64,000 bases of DNA. Source: Azolla caroliniana. Taxonomy: Eukaryota > Plantae > Polypodiophyta. Location of the stretch: the NCBI GenBank assembly GCA_043228905.1, contig JBHGNT010000016.1, forward strand, positions 19,034,001 to 19,098,000, in the 5' to 3' direction. The position numbers were made by a program, and so were the translations under genes. Of this stretch, positions 25,520-39,054 are shown piece after piece (position 1 is the first letter of the stretch; each line of letters begins with the position of its first letter). Under the pieces are notes generated by a model. The model saw nothing but the letters and a program-made list of their open reading frames with translations, was not told the origin of the DNA and searched no databases.

Positions 25520-27874
25520 ATGGCGATCTCCATCTGCCGGCCGCTCACTGGAGCCCGTCTCCTTCTCCCTCCATCCCTCTTCTCCACTTGGAAGCCTTCC
25601 TTCCTTCCTCCATGTCCTTCATCATCCCCCACTCTGTTCGCCATCACTAGGATCGGTGGTGGTGTTGGTGTCTGCCAGCAGCACGCCATCTCTGGCCCTG
25701 CTGCAAGAGCATTCTCTCAGCAGCAGCAGACTAGCAAGAGGATATTGGTGCTCTATAGCAAGCCTGAATGTTGCCTGTGCGAGAATCTGAAAGAGAAGCT
25801 GAATCTCGCCTTCACCATGGACAAATCTGCTTCCGATCATTCTCCTCTTTCGGATATACAATTGGAGGTATCTCTCCTCGCTAAATCTCTCTCTCGCTGT
25901 GATAATTTGAGTGACTATGTAAATACATATGTGCGTGTGTGGAGCAGGTTGCATCATGTTGTGAATTGAGCTCCCTGTAACCTGATAAGCCTTGGGCACA
26001 CCATTGCCTTGTGTTTGATTACATTTCCTTTCAGTCTTACCATTTCTTAGACCACACCATGCTAATTGTGAGCTAACTGTGATTGGAATCATCGCGACCA
26101 CCCAAGGAGATTATTAATGCATATCCTCGCACATGTGATGTAGGCAATGTGAGGCATATGGGGCTCACATGATGGAAAGGAAGAGCAGGTAACTCAATCT
26201 CTGTAATGCTACCCATAGAGATGCAGTAGCTTCCACTATTGGTAATGACCTTCACCTTCTGGAAAGAGATCACACATCTTATGTATTAGGTTCATATCGT
26301 CGCCCATGCATGGCATCCTTCTTTGTTTTCTGCAAATGCTTGTTTTGATGAATGAATCCCATCTTCATTTGGAGGCTGTGGCGAAGGGAACCTCTTTCTT
26401 TGCTCATTTGAACCCCACTTGTAGAAATGTTACTTGAGGAGGCTCTGTCTTCCCTTACACTCATAGAGAATGGCTTCCGGACAAACAAAAGTGGACCTTG
26501 AAGTGATATTCCGTAGTCTGGAAGAATCTTGCGATTTTTTTAGCTCTTGACGATGAATACACAATTAATTCTGTTATGATGACATATCGTGCGCTAAGCG
26601 ATTTGTTCGTCATTTCTCAAATCTGTTCGGACACATTCCTGTCGCACTCACATCACTGATTATTTGAATAACCTCTCTGCATTTTCGTATACATCCCTTC
26701 GGCCTGCTCATTGTTGCCTTATCAACGATAATTATTGTGGCTGCTCTGTTGCTCAATCTTCTGCTCATTGTTGCCTTATCAACAATAATTATTGTGGCTG
26801 CTCTGTTGCTCAATCTACGTGATGGCAGTTGGTTTTCATTTCTGTTTTAAAGAATACTTCCATCTCGAAATTTATGGGTGGGAGGAGCCATTTGCATGCT
26901 TTTTGAGACCATTTGGTAAGATGTAGTTCTTATAGCTGTCTGTGCGGTTTCTATATACATAAAGTTAGTACATGTATTTATGTTCACCACATTTTAAACT
27001 AGTGTTTAAATGAAACATTCTGTCTCTTTGATATGGTGTTTTTGATGGGCTTATGTAATCCTTCTTGAATAGACTTCGCCTCATATAAAGTTGATAGTGA
27101 TGCTTGGACAAGGGCAAGCAAGGCAGGATGTGCCAAGTGACAACTAACTTCTTCAAGAATGGCCTGTTGAACCTAAGAAGATAACCGAGATATCGAAACC
27201 TTATCTAAGTATTAGGATGGAAGAGTAATGTAGATTGTAGCAAAAAGAGCCAGAGGCAGATGGTCACAATTATCAGAAAGATTGTCTAAAGGTGGTCTCA
27301 AAATGGACTATACCCTGCATTATTCCTCTGCTGTTTGAAAATTCAGATGTCTGTCAATGGGTGCCTGTTGCAGGTGTTCCTCCATCTGCTGCCCATCTAC
27401 ACATCTGTCCCTAATTGAACTAAGCACATTACAGCATTCTTGATTGGGCATTGATGAATATTTTTGCTTCCGGTTTACGCATAATATTTATGATATTTTG
27501 CTCTCCTTCCCCACCCCAAAAGCCAGTTTCATTGCTTAAAAGTATAGCTTGGCATAGATAGTGCAATTTCTTTTTTTGGGGGTGTAGCCATTAATTTGTT
27601 TTGTTTTTTATGCTACAAGGTGAGAAACATAACCACTAATGCTGAGTGGGAAGCAGCATATCAGTATGAGATCCCTGTATTAGCTTGGGTAAACGAAGAC
27701 GGCACTGAGGTACATTGAAAGTACTCTCAGTACTTAAAAAATCTGTTTTAAATTGTACATATTGATGGACTTAACTGTTTCTTTGTATTTCACCAGAGAA
27801 TTCTTCCAAGGCTTTCTCCTCGCCTTAGTGTTGAGCTTATTCAGAAGAAGCTTCTGGTAACTATGAGCTCTTAG
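25520..27874 (+). CDS. Glutaredoxin-like/thioredoxin-superfamily protein (DUF836, At4g08280-like) with N-terminal transit peptide, 3 exons, ~171 aa
   Basis: Exons 25520-25867, 27620-27709 and 27797-27874, with GT-AG phase-0 introns. Motifs LVLYSKPECCLCENLKEKL, VRNITTNAEWEAAYQYEIPVL and LPRLSPRLSVELIQKKL. The N-terminus is Ser/Pro/Arg-rich. Confidence 0.9.
26704..26816. repeat. 57-bp tandem duplication in intron 1
   Basis: CTGCTCATTGTTGCCTTATCAAC(G/A)ATAATTATTGTGGCTGCTCTGTTGCTCAATCT occurs twice. Confidence 0.95.
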
Positions 27875-29210
27875 GCTCTTTGCAATATGTATGAAGTTCA
27901 TATTGGCACCTCTTGCAAACATCAATTAACCATCCTGCTTTCCAACTTCTTGTTATTGCTGGTGGCATGTAACTAGTTTGAAAAACTCCTGTAATATTTT
28001 CTTGAAAATTCTTTGTTATACACCTCTAGCCATTAGAATCACATTTACTTGCACCACAATCTCTTGTATTGATTGTTTACAGATGACCCCTTCAAAGAAA
28101 TCATCCAATGTTTTCGTGCTTTTCCCTCAAGATTTTGTTTTCCACCAACCTTCATTTTTGTGGTCAACTAGTTTCCCACTCTTAGTAATGCCTTTTTCAG
28201 AACTTTTTTTCTTATAACCTTCATTTTTTCATTGGAGCTTGTTTTGTTATGAGTTTCATCCCAAGTTGTCATTTTGAGTACTATATTTTACCTAAACCCA
28301 TTTTTCTGCACTCAGGATTTAACCTCTCCCCAAGTTCCTTGTATCATCACCTTCCTTGCCTATATATGGGAAACACGCCCAATAGGCACGTGTGATTACC
28401 CATAAACATGTTTTCCCACAAAGACCATGCTTTGTAAAGTGCCACGATGCATATGCATGTTCTTGAAACCGTGAGGGTTGTACAAAGTATATTAACACTT
28501 CAATACATCCCTATGGACAAAATGCCTTTGGCATAAATATTGGACACAATACAAATGTTGTAAAGAAATGATAGTGTAAAGATAAATGATAACTAAATTA
28601 ATTCAAAACTATGTTTGTCCCTGATTGAGGTTCTATTTGTGAGTAATAATGTTCATGTATCTAATGTGAAGTACATTATAACCCTTTTCATGGGGTATGC
28701 GAGTAATCTATTTATTTTGCCATGCGAATGCCTTCTTGAATTTCTACGTCACATCAATGAATAACATTCGTCCCAATTATTCTTTCACTCAACTTTGTCA
28801 GCCAACCTTAAAACAAAATACCAATCACAAAAAATATATGACTCTAAGATACATTGAATTTAGCCAAATAAAAAGGGCTCTTAGCTCATGATCCTAAAAA
28901 GATGGACTCCGAAGTACTTTGCTGTTGTGTGAAAATTATGCTTAAATAAGTTTGTGATCTTCAAATTCCAGCAAAGGGCATAGCAACTACGGGAACAAAT
29001 ATTAGCTTCAATCAAAACCTTCTAACACGAGGTAAACTGGGAATTTGTAGCTTTGGGAAGTCAATCAAGAGGCATTTGAGAATTCTGGCATACATATAAT
29101 TTACAATGGAAATAATGGTTTCTCCCTCTTTTTATGAAATGTAGAACAAAACAACAATAGTTGAGAACAAGCTCGAAACTCATTCCAAGTGCTCTTCTAA
29201 TATGGTCTTA

Positions 29211-32200
29211 CTATGAGTCTTGAGAACTCTCAAATCTTGTTGGTGTCTCAATCCCCATCATACAGCACAAACCAGATATCAATATGATAAGAAGAGTAAT
29301 GGCCTGCCATCAATATACATTAAAGAGATATCATGCCAAAATTTTCATGTAAATTACTCACAAAATAAATCAAACTTACCACAATCACCCCCTCATAAAC
29401 ACCAGTTACAGTCTCACAAATTTCATCACAGGTTGAATTACTTGTAGTCAAAGCAAGAGAACGCCCATGATCATTGTAGGAATTATGAGCTGAGTCTGGA
29501 TCAGATGCATATATAACAGCATTACTTGTCCCTGACTGCCGAAGTGTAGATAAAATGGATGCTAGCGTGGACCCTGCATGGAAGAACATACACTGAACAA
29601 TTTAAAACAATGGATTTTCATCACATTAACAAGGATGGAAAAAGTCGTCCCCATGTCCCCATGTCCTAATGCTGATGGAACTGTTATTTGCATTGTGCTC
29701 GAACACAAGTTTATTTAAATCAAATATAGAGAAAAACAAGGCTACAGGCATAAACATAACAAATTCCATAGTAGTTTTTACCATAGTTTTCTACACACAA
29801 GGATAAGAGTGTGAGGATTCAAGAATGTAAAGGGAGGATTACTTTTAATCCTAGGGATTGAGCCACCCCTAAAGGGCCAAGTGTGAACTTGCCTGAGGGC
29901 CTTGGGTCTGGCTATAAATATGGGGCCTAGCGAATCTCATTGAGGGATCATTGGAGGATTACTTTTAGTCCTATAGGTTGAGGCAACCCTAAAGGGCCAA
30001 GTGTAAACTTGCTTGGGGGCCTTGGGTCTGGATATAAATATGAGGCCTAGCTAACCTCATTGGGGGATGATTTGATTATGTTGAGACTATGATCTTGTGG
30101 TGAACAGACTCTTGTGGGGTGCGTGCGCAAGTACCAAGTACAACTCAAAGCCCATAGCGGTGGTATGGGTCGCCTTTCAGGGCTCAAGGCTGTCTCAATC
30201 ACTTTGCTCAAGGGTGGTTAGGTGGATCAGCACCCTTCCTTTTTTTCTTTTTTTCATAAATGTATGTTTATTATTAAAACAAGACGATAGTACAACCCTT
30301 GCTATCTCCATTGCTTCATTAGTAGCGATATGGCAAGGTAAACCCTCTCAAGTGTTGTAATACTAAATGACATAACTCTACCTCATCTTGGGACAATGTC
30401 GCCATACAACATAGTTGCGAAAATTGCCAAATCAACTTACCTTTCATCCTACGGAGTTGTGTTACCCCAAGAAGTCCATCAAACAAAAACCCATTTCTCA
30501 TGGTCCAATTAAACCACATTCCCCCCATACCTAAGGTAGTTAAACACGACCGATATGATGGCGTGGGTATAGGTTTATCATCATCAATAAAAACCCACTT
30601 AAAAGGTGACAAAATACTTCGTTTTTATTGTCTCTGTCTCTTTATTTTCTTATCTATTTCCTTATTTTCATGCTTGCACTAGATATATCCCTCTTCTTTC
30701 TTTTGCTGTCTCTTTATTTTCTTATCTATTTCCTTATTTTTATGCTTACACTAGATATATCCCTAACAACTGGTATCAAAGAAAGTTTCAGCTGGACAGG
30801 CAGCCTTTCGAAAGGGGTTCACAACTTTAGATCCCATATTGGCCCTTGGAGCCCTTATCGAGGAGGGCAAAGCCCAAAATAAGAGGATTTATTGCTGCTT
30901 TGTGAATTTCTGAGGAGCCTTTGACATTGTGCTGCATGTTCGGCTTATGCAGCGCCTAGAAGCCCTTGGTGTTCCTAGAGATATGCAATGGGGAATCTAT
31001 GCACTGTATGAATTTGTGTCAAGAAAAGTGCGGTCTCCCAACGAAGATTCTGGCTAGCACAATTCAAGTAAAACAAGGATGCCCACTTTCACCCACTGTT
31101 TTCGGTCTCCATATAGATGAGGTATCAAATTACATAGAGAGATTCAGGGGATCAGGTATAGCTATACAAATATTACTATATGCTGATGATATTGTGCTGA
31201 TTTCTGACTCTCATCTATATTTCTTGTTGTAAATGTTTTTGCAATCGCTGAGCAAACTAATATTTTTGGGCATGCTTAATGTTGAAGACAAGTTAGATGG
31301 TACTAATTATGGTATGTGGGATACATGATGAGACATGTATGAACGTCCAACTTCAAGTTCTTCTCCAAACTCTCCCTCCCCTTCAGGAACAACTTATGCA
31401 CGTAATGCTTCAAGATCCATTCCTCAACAACCCACCTCTTCACAACTTAAGTCGGATGGTAAGGATGCTCAAGCCCATGCTCTCATTGTCAATCAAACAT
31501 CACACTGTTCCACATATCCTATCTTGCACCACCTCCAAAAGTGCTTGAGATGTATTAAAGAAAGTATATGCTCAAAGGAACGAAGCAACAATTGCTATGC
31601 TCAAGCAACAACTTAAAGAACAAAGATGCAAGAAGGTCATTCCATGGATGCATTCTTGACAAAGATTAGCAACTTCAACGAACAACTACTCAACATTGCT
31701 AAAGTGATTTTGGACAAGCTATTAGTTTCTAAAGTTCTTGCAACTCTTTCGGATTCATATCAAGGCTCCTTACAAGAGATAAAGACAACTTCAGCTTTGT
31801 TGAGCTAATCTCCTTTCTCTTACCGGAATCTCAATCTCGAGCAAATCGTAATGTTCTTAATATTGGTGAGCAAGCTTTTCTTACTTCATTCAAGTTCAAA
31901 AGGTAAACAAGGACAAACAAAATAACCTTCATTCGAATGGCAATGATCCCTTGACTTCCCATGACGAGAAGAAGAAGAAAAGGTGCAATTACTAACGTAA
32001 CATCAATGAAGTTGAAAGATCAAAGCTAGTGAAGAGAAGAAAAAACAAGCCGGTCTTAGTGTTACCACCTCTACTGGTAAGAAAGAAGCACACATTGCTC
32101 AACATAAGTGGGCTTTCTCCATATACACAATGTATGATCCCTCAAAGGATGACACATGACATGTTTATCAGTGAGTCTAAGGATGCTTGGTATTTTGATA

Positions 32201-35200
32201 GCAATTCTTCTAAGCAAATAGCCTCTCGCAAATAATTATTTTTCACACTTGAAGATGTTTGTCATAAGGTGGGCAAGGTTACTTGTGCCAATAATGCTTC
32301 TTATGTCATCTAAGGCATTGGTCAAGTTCATATTACAGTCGTCAATGGGGATGTAGTCGCCTTGAACAATTTTCTCTATGTCCTTGGCATAAAGAATAAC
32401 CTTCTATCAGTCTCCACCATTGCTACCATTTTCTAGATGACAAATGCATAGTACATGCTCGTACAAAGGGCGATATCATTGTCATAACAGGTAGTTCGCT
32501 CAACAACCTTTAAAAGGTTGACATATATCAGAAATTTGATGACCAAAATGCATGAGCAGTGGATGCCAAAACATAAAGTAATTCTGAACTATGGCATGCT
32601 CAGTTTGGCCATTTAAATTTCAGCAGCCTTGCACGGCTTAGTAAGCATGGTATGGTACGCAATCTTCCTTCCATTCACGTACCATCTAATCAGGTTTTTG
32701 TGAGGGTTATATTCTAGGAAAGATGCACAAATTTTATTTCCAAAGGATGCAAATGTTTTGGCAGCACATAAGCTTCAACTTGTACACAATGATGTATGTG
32801 ACCCAATGAGAACACACCATCAATGGGAGGTTATCTTTATTTTCTTACATTCATTGATGATGCTACCCAACACAATTGAGTATATCCTTTGAAGGAGAAA
32901 TCCAATGTCTTTTCATGCTTCAAAGAATTCTTACACCCTGTTGAAAATTTCAGCAGTTATTAATTCATTGCTCTTCCAACCATTAGAGAGGGTGAGTACA
33001 TGTCTCGAGAGTTAAATGCTTTCTGATGGACACATGTATTATCCATCAATGCACCATTCCATCCACACCACAACAAAATGGTTTGGCACAAAGAAAGAAT
33101 AAATCTCTCATGGAGATAGCAAGATGCATGCTCAATAATAAGAACCTACCTCACAAGTTTTAGTTGGAAGCCGTAATGTGTGCAAACTATGTTTTAAATA
33201 GATGCCCCACAAAAGCTGAACTACATTCTATGGATCATGCTCTTATCGCTGAAATTTGCGATGAGCTGCCACTCTCTCTTGAGCATGCATTAACACATGA
33301 TCATTGGGATGAAGCCATGAAATCAGAACTTGAGTCCATATCCAAGAACAACACTTGAGAGTTATGTGATCTACCTAAAGGTAGAAAAGCAATTGCCACC
33401 AAGTGGATTTACAAAGTCAAGCATAATGCAGATGGTAGCCTTCATTATTTTAAAGCAAGACGTGTAGCAAAAGGCTGTTCCCAAAAAGAGGGGATGGACT
33501 ATGAAGAATCCTTTGGCCCCACTTCAAGGATGACTAGAATCAGAGCTACAATGTCTACTGCTGTAAATAAAAGATGGAAGATTCATCAATTAGACATTAA
33601 AACCGCCTTCTTAAATGGGGATTTGGAAGAAGAGGTTTAAGTAACTCAACCTCCCAGTTTTTTCATTGAAGGTGCAAAAACTAAAGTTTGCAGAATACTT
33701 AAAGCTTTGTATGGCTTGATGCAAGCACCTTGAGCGTGGAATGCAAAGATCCATGTTCATCTTCTTCAATTCAGTTTTGTGAACAGCCCAACTGAAAACA
33801 CTCTATATGTCTAAAAAGAAAGAGAAAATTTACTAATTGTGCTTTATGTTCACGATTTGCTAATCACAAGACTTAATGAGCAAAAAATCGCAGATTTTAA
33901 AGCTGATCTTAGTAAGACATTTGAACTTACAGATCTTGGTCATATCCATTACTATCTCGGCATTCAATTCATTACAGTTGAGGGGGGCAATTTGTTTGAG
34001 TCAACGAAAGTATATCAAGAAGCTCCTACAACATTTTCTTAGGCATTAGCACTAACTCTTTCCCACCGACAAACCGACGCACATCCTCTCTTGACGATTG
34101 TATTATGGATAGTGGTTGCACAAGTCATATGATTCATGACTGGTTTATCCTGTATGATATACAGCCACACAACTCACAAATTTCTATTGGAGATGCCCCA
34201 AGTCTTGAGGATTCATGCATGGGCAATGTATTTTTGAATTCTTTTTCTAGTCAACAACCAACTTCAACTCAAATGCATCACATGTGCCTTGCCTTTTAGC
34301 TATCCTACTCTCAGTTTCTCGAATCATTGAACAAGGCTATGGTGATAGTTCTAACTTGGAGGTCATTGACATCAACAGCCTACAACTTGTCGTTGGTGAC
34401 AAAAAAGGAAGTTGGATTATGTTGCCTTAATAGCACCAACAGCCCATTACCAAGGCTCATCTACTACAACTCCTTCATCGAAGTTATGCATTCTTAGCTC
34501 AAGAATATCGCTAGTTGTGGCATACTCACTTTGGGCACCTCAACAATCACTCCCTTCAAAAGTTCTCTTCATCCAAAGTGGTGCATGGTCTTCCTGATTT
34601 CAATGTCTTCAATACGTCATGCGTCACTTTTACTCTTTTATTCTCAAACTACTAGGCTCATTTCTCTTTTATGCAGACTGTTCCATTTCTTGCATCAGTT
34701 ATTTTTTTACCGTTTGCCATGAAAATTTCTGCGGATTTCAGATGTGGTACCAATAGAAAGTACAAATGAATTCGTGCACATTAAAAATTACCACTCAAGC
34801 CAAAAAGGATTCCTTTTGCATATACCAGTGACATCATAAAAACAGGACTAACTTGATCTAATGTTACTAAATTCAGAGAAACACACATCTTTCCTTAATC
34901 AGGATGTAGTTGAGTGATTCATCCTACCTTCAGAATCAGTCTCGATATCCAAACTTGGGCAAGCTATAATAATGTCTGTTTCAGTCTTTGTTAAGCTATC
35001 GTGCCTCCTATGTATAAACTCCTGCAACACAGAAATTAGTTAAAATCAAAGTTAATAACATTTCTACACAACACGCACGTCACCAACCAATATGACTCAC
35101 CGTGACATCGTCAACGCTATCAACTATCTGGAAACCCTCTGTGATTAACGGCCTTCTTGGATCAAACATCTGCTTTAGACAAGTCCTCAAAATCACAATC

Positions 35201-36595
35201 CTCGGCTTCATATCGCAGCTATTTTTTATGGTGGAAACCCATGTGTGTAGAATTCTTGGTCCTTCAGCTGGAATAGAAACATAGGGTAGAGCCAAGGAAT
35301 ACTTGGACGTTGAAAAGAAATCCTGAGAATAAACATATATGTATCAGGAATGTCCTGTACTTCAAGTAACAAGAACGTAGCAGAGGCTGAGAATTACATT
35401 GAGTATCTTGATTACTGATGAATCCTTCTCATTCATGTCATGAGCAATATCTTCAGATTGCAGCTGTTCATAGAAATAAAATTTGAGCATTATTATTATG
35501 AGTCATTACATTGTTTCTGGTTCAAAAAAATGCTTATGTTGCCATATAGAAAACAAATCACCTCAATGCCAACATTTTACAAATGGGACTGCCTTTTAAT
35601 TACTAGAAACTGAAACTATCTCATTGCTGAACATGGTCATTATACAGTTTCTCGTTAAAAAAATGTTCTATCTTTGCATAATAGAAATGAAGCAAATCTC
35701 ATAGCCAAACAAGAGTTCATTATGTTGTTACTGGCTTAGAAAAGAAAGCTTATCTTGCTATACTCGAGATGAAAATGCATTATTGCAAAATACATGGTCG
35801 CTCTATCATTTCTGGTCAAGAAGAAAATGTTTATCTTGCCATATGTGAAATGAAACCACTTCATTACCAGAAAAGTCATCATATTATTTATGGATTTAGA
35901 ATGAAGGAATCTATCTAATTGCCACTGTAATTATTTTGGCATAGTAGAAATGAATCTATCTCATTGCCACTGTAATCATCCTGTTTCTGGTTCTAAAAAT
36001 GCGTCATTAGATTGTATTATATTTAAATAAAATTTTATATGCCGTCATAATAAAAACGAAAACATTGCATAGCAAAAAGTATTCATTTTTTGAAGGGAAG
36101 TCTAATATATCCACCACTATAGTAAAGATTAAAAAATACCTCGTTGCCAAAGAAAGCCAGAATTACATCCACCTTTGCGTCGCCTTCATTGGGATAGTTG
36201 CACTATATATATTCGAATACATTCCAGAAAGGAAACATGATCAGTTGAGGATTTGCACTAATAAAAATGTTATAGGAGCATTTATGCACAGATCGGATTA
36301 TATATTACAGCTGAATTTGTTGCCCAACCAAACTTCTGCCAAAGAGTCTGCGGTGAGAGAACCCGATAGTCCACAGCTCGTTGAGTCTGCAATCCGATAG
36401 ATCTGAAGAAAGGAAAACAAGAAGAAATAATATGGAATGTCTACAAGTGGGAGACCAGCAAGATCTGCCAGCAAATTTTAGGAGATGGAAGAAGACCAAA
36501 AGGTAATACAAAAGAATCTGCGAAGGAGGCCAAGCCGGATCGATTCTATCCATGTCTCATTGGTTGTACTACATGAAAATTTTCCACCCGATACC

Positions 36596-36631
<36 letters not shown>

Positions 36632-36736
36632 GGACCTGTGATCGGACCAGGCGAAGGCTGGAGCAGAAACGGAGGTCGAAGTGACGGAAGTAGACAGGAG
36701 AGGCATGGCGAGGCACAGGAAGAGGAGGAACGCCAT
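29211..36736 (-). CDS. At3g13410-like type I membrane protein (signal peptide + C-terminal TM; V-ATPase accessory S1/Ac45/VOA1-like), 8 exons
   Basis: Exons (minus strand): 36736-36636, 36402-36309, 36202-36140, 35463-35398, 35322-35101, 35021-34928, 29573-29380, 29303-29211. Introns are GT-AG and phases are consistent. The N-terminus is MAFLLFLCLAMPLL..APAFAWS, internal motifs include SLALPY and VIYASDP, and the C-terminus CDEICETVTGVYEGVIVAITLLIILISGLCCMMGIETPTRFESSQDS* is typical of this plant family. Confidence 0.88.
29740..30781 (+). mobile_element. LTR with internal duplications and an inserted LINE tail, followed by a tRNA-iMet PBS
   Basis: Homologous to the solo LTR at 52822-53278 (GGAGGATTACTTTTAATCCT, GGCCAAGTGTGAAC, CTATAAATA, GCGGTGGTATGGG, GGTGGATC.GCACCCTTC). 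It ends ..CCCTAACA at 30768, then TGGTATCAAAG at 30771. A ~120-bp U3 duplication (~29833-30070) and a ~60-bp U5 duplication (30635-30763) are present. Confidence 0.8.
30239..30612 (-). mobile_element. 5'-truncated L1-type LINE 3' end with poly(A)
   Basis: The peptide SPFKWVF...GMWFNWTMRNGFLFDG..MKGKLIWQFSQL parallels TPRQWVF...NWNMRNAFVFDG..LKGVLMWQFSLL of the LINE at 176-670. The T-tract at 30239-30254 is an A tail on the minus strand. Confidence 0.8.
30790..31212 (+). mobile_element. Internal RT fragment of a second LINE clade
   Basis: GQAAFRKGFTTLDPILAL..LIEE..RIYCCFVNF*GAFDIV, VKQGCPLSPTVFGLHID and ILLYADDIVLIS. Confidence 0.85.
31272..34035 (+). mobile_element. Decayed Ty1/copia gag-pol
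   Basis: KLDGTNYGMW (gag N-terminus), SMDAFLTKI (UBN2), AWYFDSNSS (PR), LVHNDVC, FIDD and PQQNGLAQRKN (IN), WDEAMKSEL, KWIYKVK, HQLDIKTAFLNGDLEEE, KALYGL and LYVHDLLI (RT). Domains are in copia order. There are many stops, and RNase H and the 3' LTR are missing. Confidence 0.92.
34060..34620 (+). mobile_element. Additional copia protease/GAG-pre-integrase remnant
   Basis: IMDSGCTSHM is a copia PR signature. Downstream LLSVSRI-like and WH..LGH-like remnants are present. Confidence 0.55.
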
Positions 36737-37510
36737 GGCCAATTGAATGAATATGCTGCTGCTGCTCTTCTGTTGAATTTCTGTATCTATATGTATATGT
36801 ATATATGGAGAGAAAGACAAGAAGAAAGAGATATATTAACAGTCTTTTAACAGGCCAAAATGGCCTATATACATACATATATAAAAGACCAAACAAGAGA
36901 TTACATCTCTTCTTAAGTGTTGTCAATGAATGCTGCTCTTCTCCTGAATTTGTGTGTGTGTATCTGTGTGTGTATGGAGAGAGATGGCCGGCTGGCCACC
37001 CATCTAGTGGGCGGGCGGGCAACCCACCCACGAAGGGCCAAAACGAGTGAGGCTAAGACAACATGATTCTTCATCAGCGCCTACGAGAGGGAGGAGTTGC
37101 GAGAGATACAGAGACGATCAACCCTGAGGCTCCGTAGAGTAGAGTAGGAGCCACTTGTTAAACTATGGCAAGGACACGAGAGGATGCGTGTACAGATACT
37201 CGCACATGGATGGTACGATGAGGAACTCAACGATTTGTATGTTGTTAGCCCACGGGCACAACGTCGTGTAAATCACAAAGTATGTGTCTCCCACATCAAG
37301 ACCAGTAGAATCTTGAACCAAGAGTGATGTAGAACTCACAATGGAATCCTCAACCATGGGTTTGTGAATGTGCGTGTGTGTGATGAGCTAGTGCATGAGA
37401 TTACAAAATTCTTAAAGAGTTATGATCTCAAATAAGTAAAAATTGGTTATTTAAAAGGATTAACCTCGACTAGTAAATATGATTACAAGATAGTAAATAT
37501 CTCTAAGGGG

Positions 37511-37626
37511 AATAGTAAAAAATGTATGATTATATCCAAGCAAGGTAGCTTAGAACTTGAAATCCAAAATAGTAAAAAAACTATGATTATATCCAAGCAA
37601 GGTGGCGTAGAACTTGAAATCCAAAT
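37511..37626. repeat. ~57-bp tandem duplication
   Basis: AATAGTAAAAAA..TATGATTATATCCAAGCAAGGT.GC.TAGAACTTGAAATCCAAA occurs twice. Confidence 0.85.
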
Positions 37627-39054
37627 GAATCTTCAAAGAACTTAGAATATAGAACCCTAGAAACCCTAGTAAAGATATCATAAGAAGATAAGGAGGAGGG
37701 AAAGTGCATGTGCTTCATAGACCCTTTGTGAATAAGTTTGGTTATCTTGTGATCCTTACTCTTAGGATTAGCACTCCGTGCACTTGAATCCATTTTTTTA
37801 GATGATGAGGTTCCCAATAATCATTTCTCCATTTTAATTACACTTTGTGCGCTCTAATCCATTTCTTAAGATGATGAAGCTTTCTATAATCCTTTCTCCA
37901 TCTTAATTATGAGTCATGTAAGATGCTTAATAGCTCAACATCCTTGCTTTGATAGTGTCTTCCTTGTCTCGTGCTTTATTTAGCTCCCATTTTATTGACT
38001 TTGGCACCTTCTTTTTGCAAAATCTAGGACCCTTTTGCTAAATTGGGCGTTTGTTTTTTTAGCTAGAGATTAAAAATACATAAAAACCACAAGCATGTCT
38101 ACATGGAGAATGTGGGCTATAAATCACATGTGCCTCATCTTGGAGCATATCTTGGAGCTCAAGTGCCTCAAAGCATGTCCGCCTCAAAGCATATGAGCTT
38201 CAAAGCACATATGGTTAGGAGCACACATGGTTAGAGCATGTGTGCCTCAAGCACATGGGCTTCTCCGGAGCCTGTGTTTGGATAGGTGGCCGAAGTTTAC
38301 GTAAGCCATAGAATCTTCACTTTGTTCATGATCTCTAGTAAACTCTATTATGTGGATTCTCAAAGCAAGTGCCTCCACTCTACTTTCAATGTTACAATAT
38401 TTGAATCTAGTACACAACCTCACTACTCTCTTACTCTATGAATTCTTGTTGGGGGGCACTTGTTTGGCAATGTATAGATTTCCTATGCCAATAGTAGAAT
38501 TCTAGATTTCCTACTTAGAAGGTGGGGGCGATGAGGGTACAATATAGGGGTGGCAATTTGAAGGTCTTTGGATGTCGCCAATGGTCACCAGGGGATATAT
38601 ATTTCGTCTAGGCTATCCACCACCTTTCCTAAGCATCCCATAATCTACTAGTCACTTGCCTTGTCGATCAAGTCTTACCTTCATGGGGTCTTAAGTTTCG
38701 ATGTGGCATCTCTAGAATTTTAATTATGATCTCTTTCACCTCGAGGCTTATACCACAACACACTTCAATATCCACTTCTTTACACTTACACCTCACATTC
38801 AAATATTGTTCACAACTCGTTATTTTTTACACATGTACACTACTTATGCAATATTGGACACATAAAGCAAAGCAAAAGAATAAATATAAGAACATAGAAT
38901 GAATAAATAGCCAAAGTACTTTCATGCTCTTTGCTAAAATTTTGAGTACCAGACAAAAAAACACACTCCTTTTGTTACAATGATTGCTATTTATATGATT
39001 TTGGTGAGTCATTGTTCCGCTATTTAGTCTTTGTAAATAGTTAGGTACAGTAAT

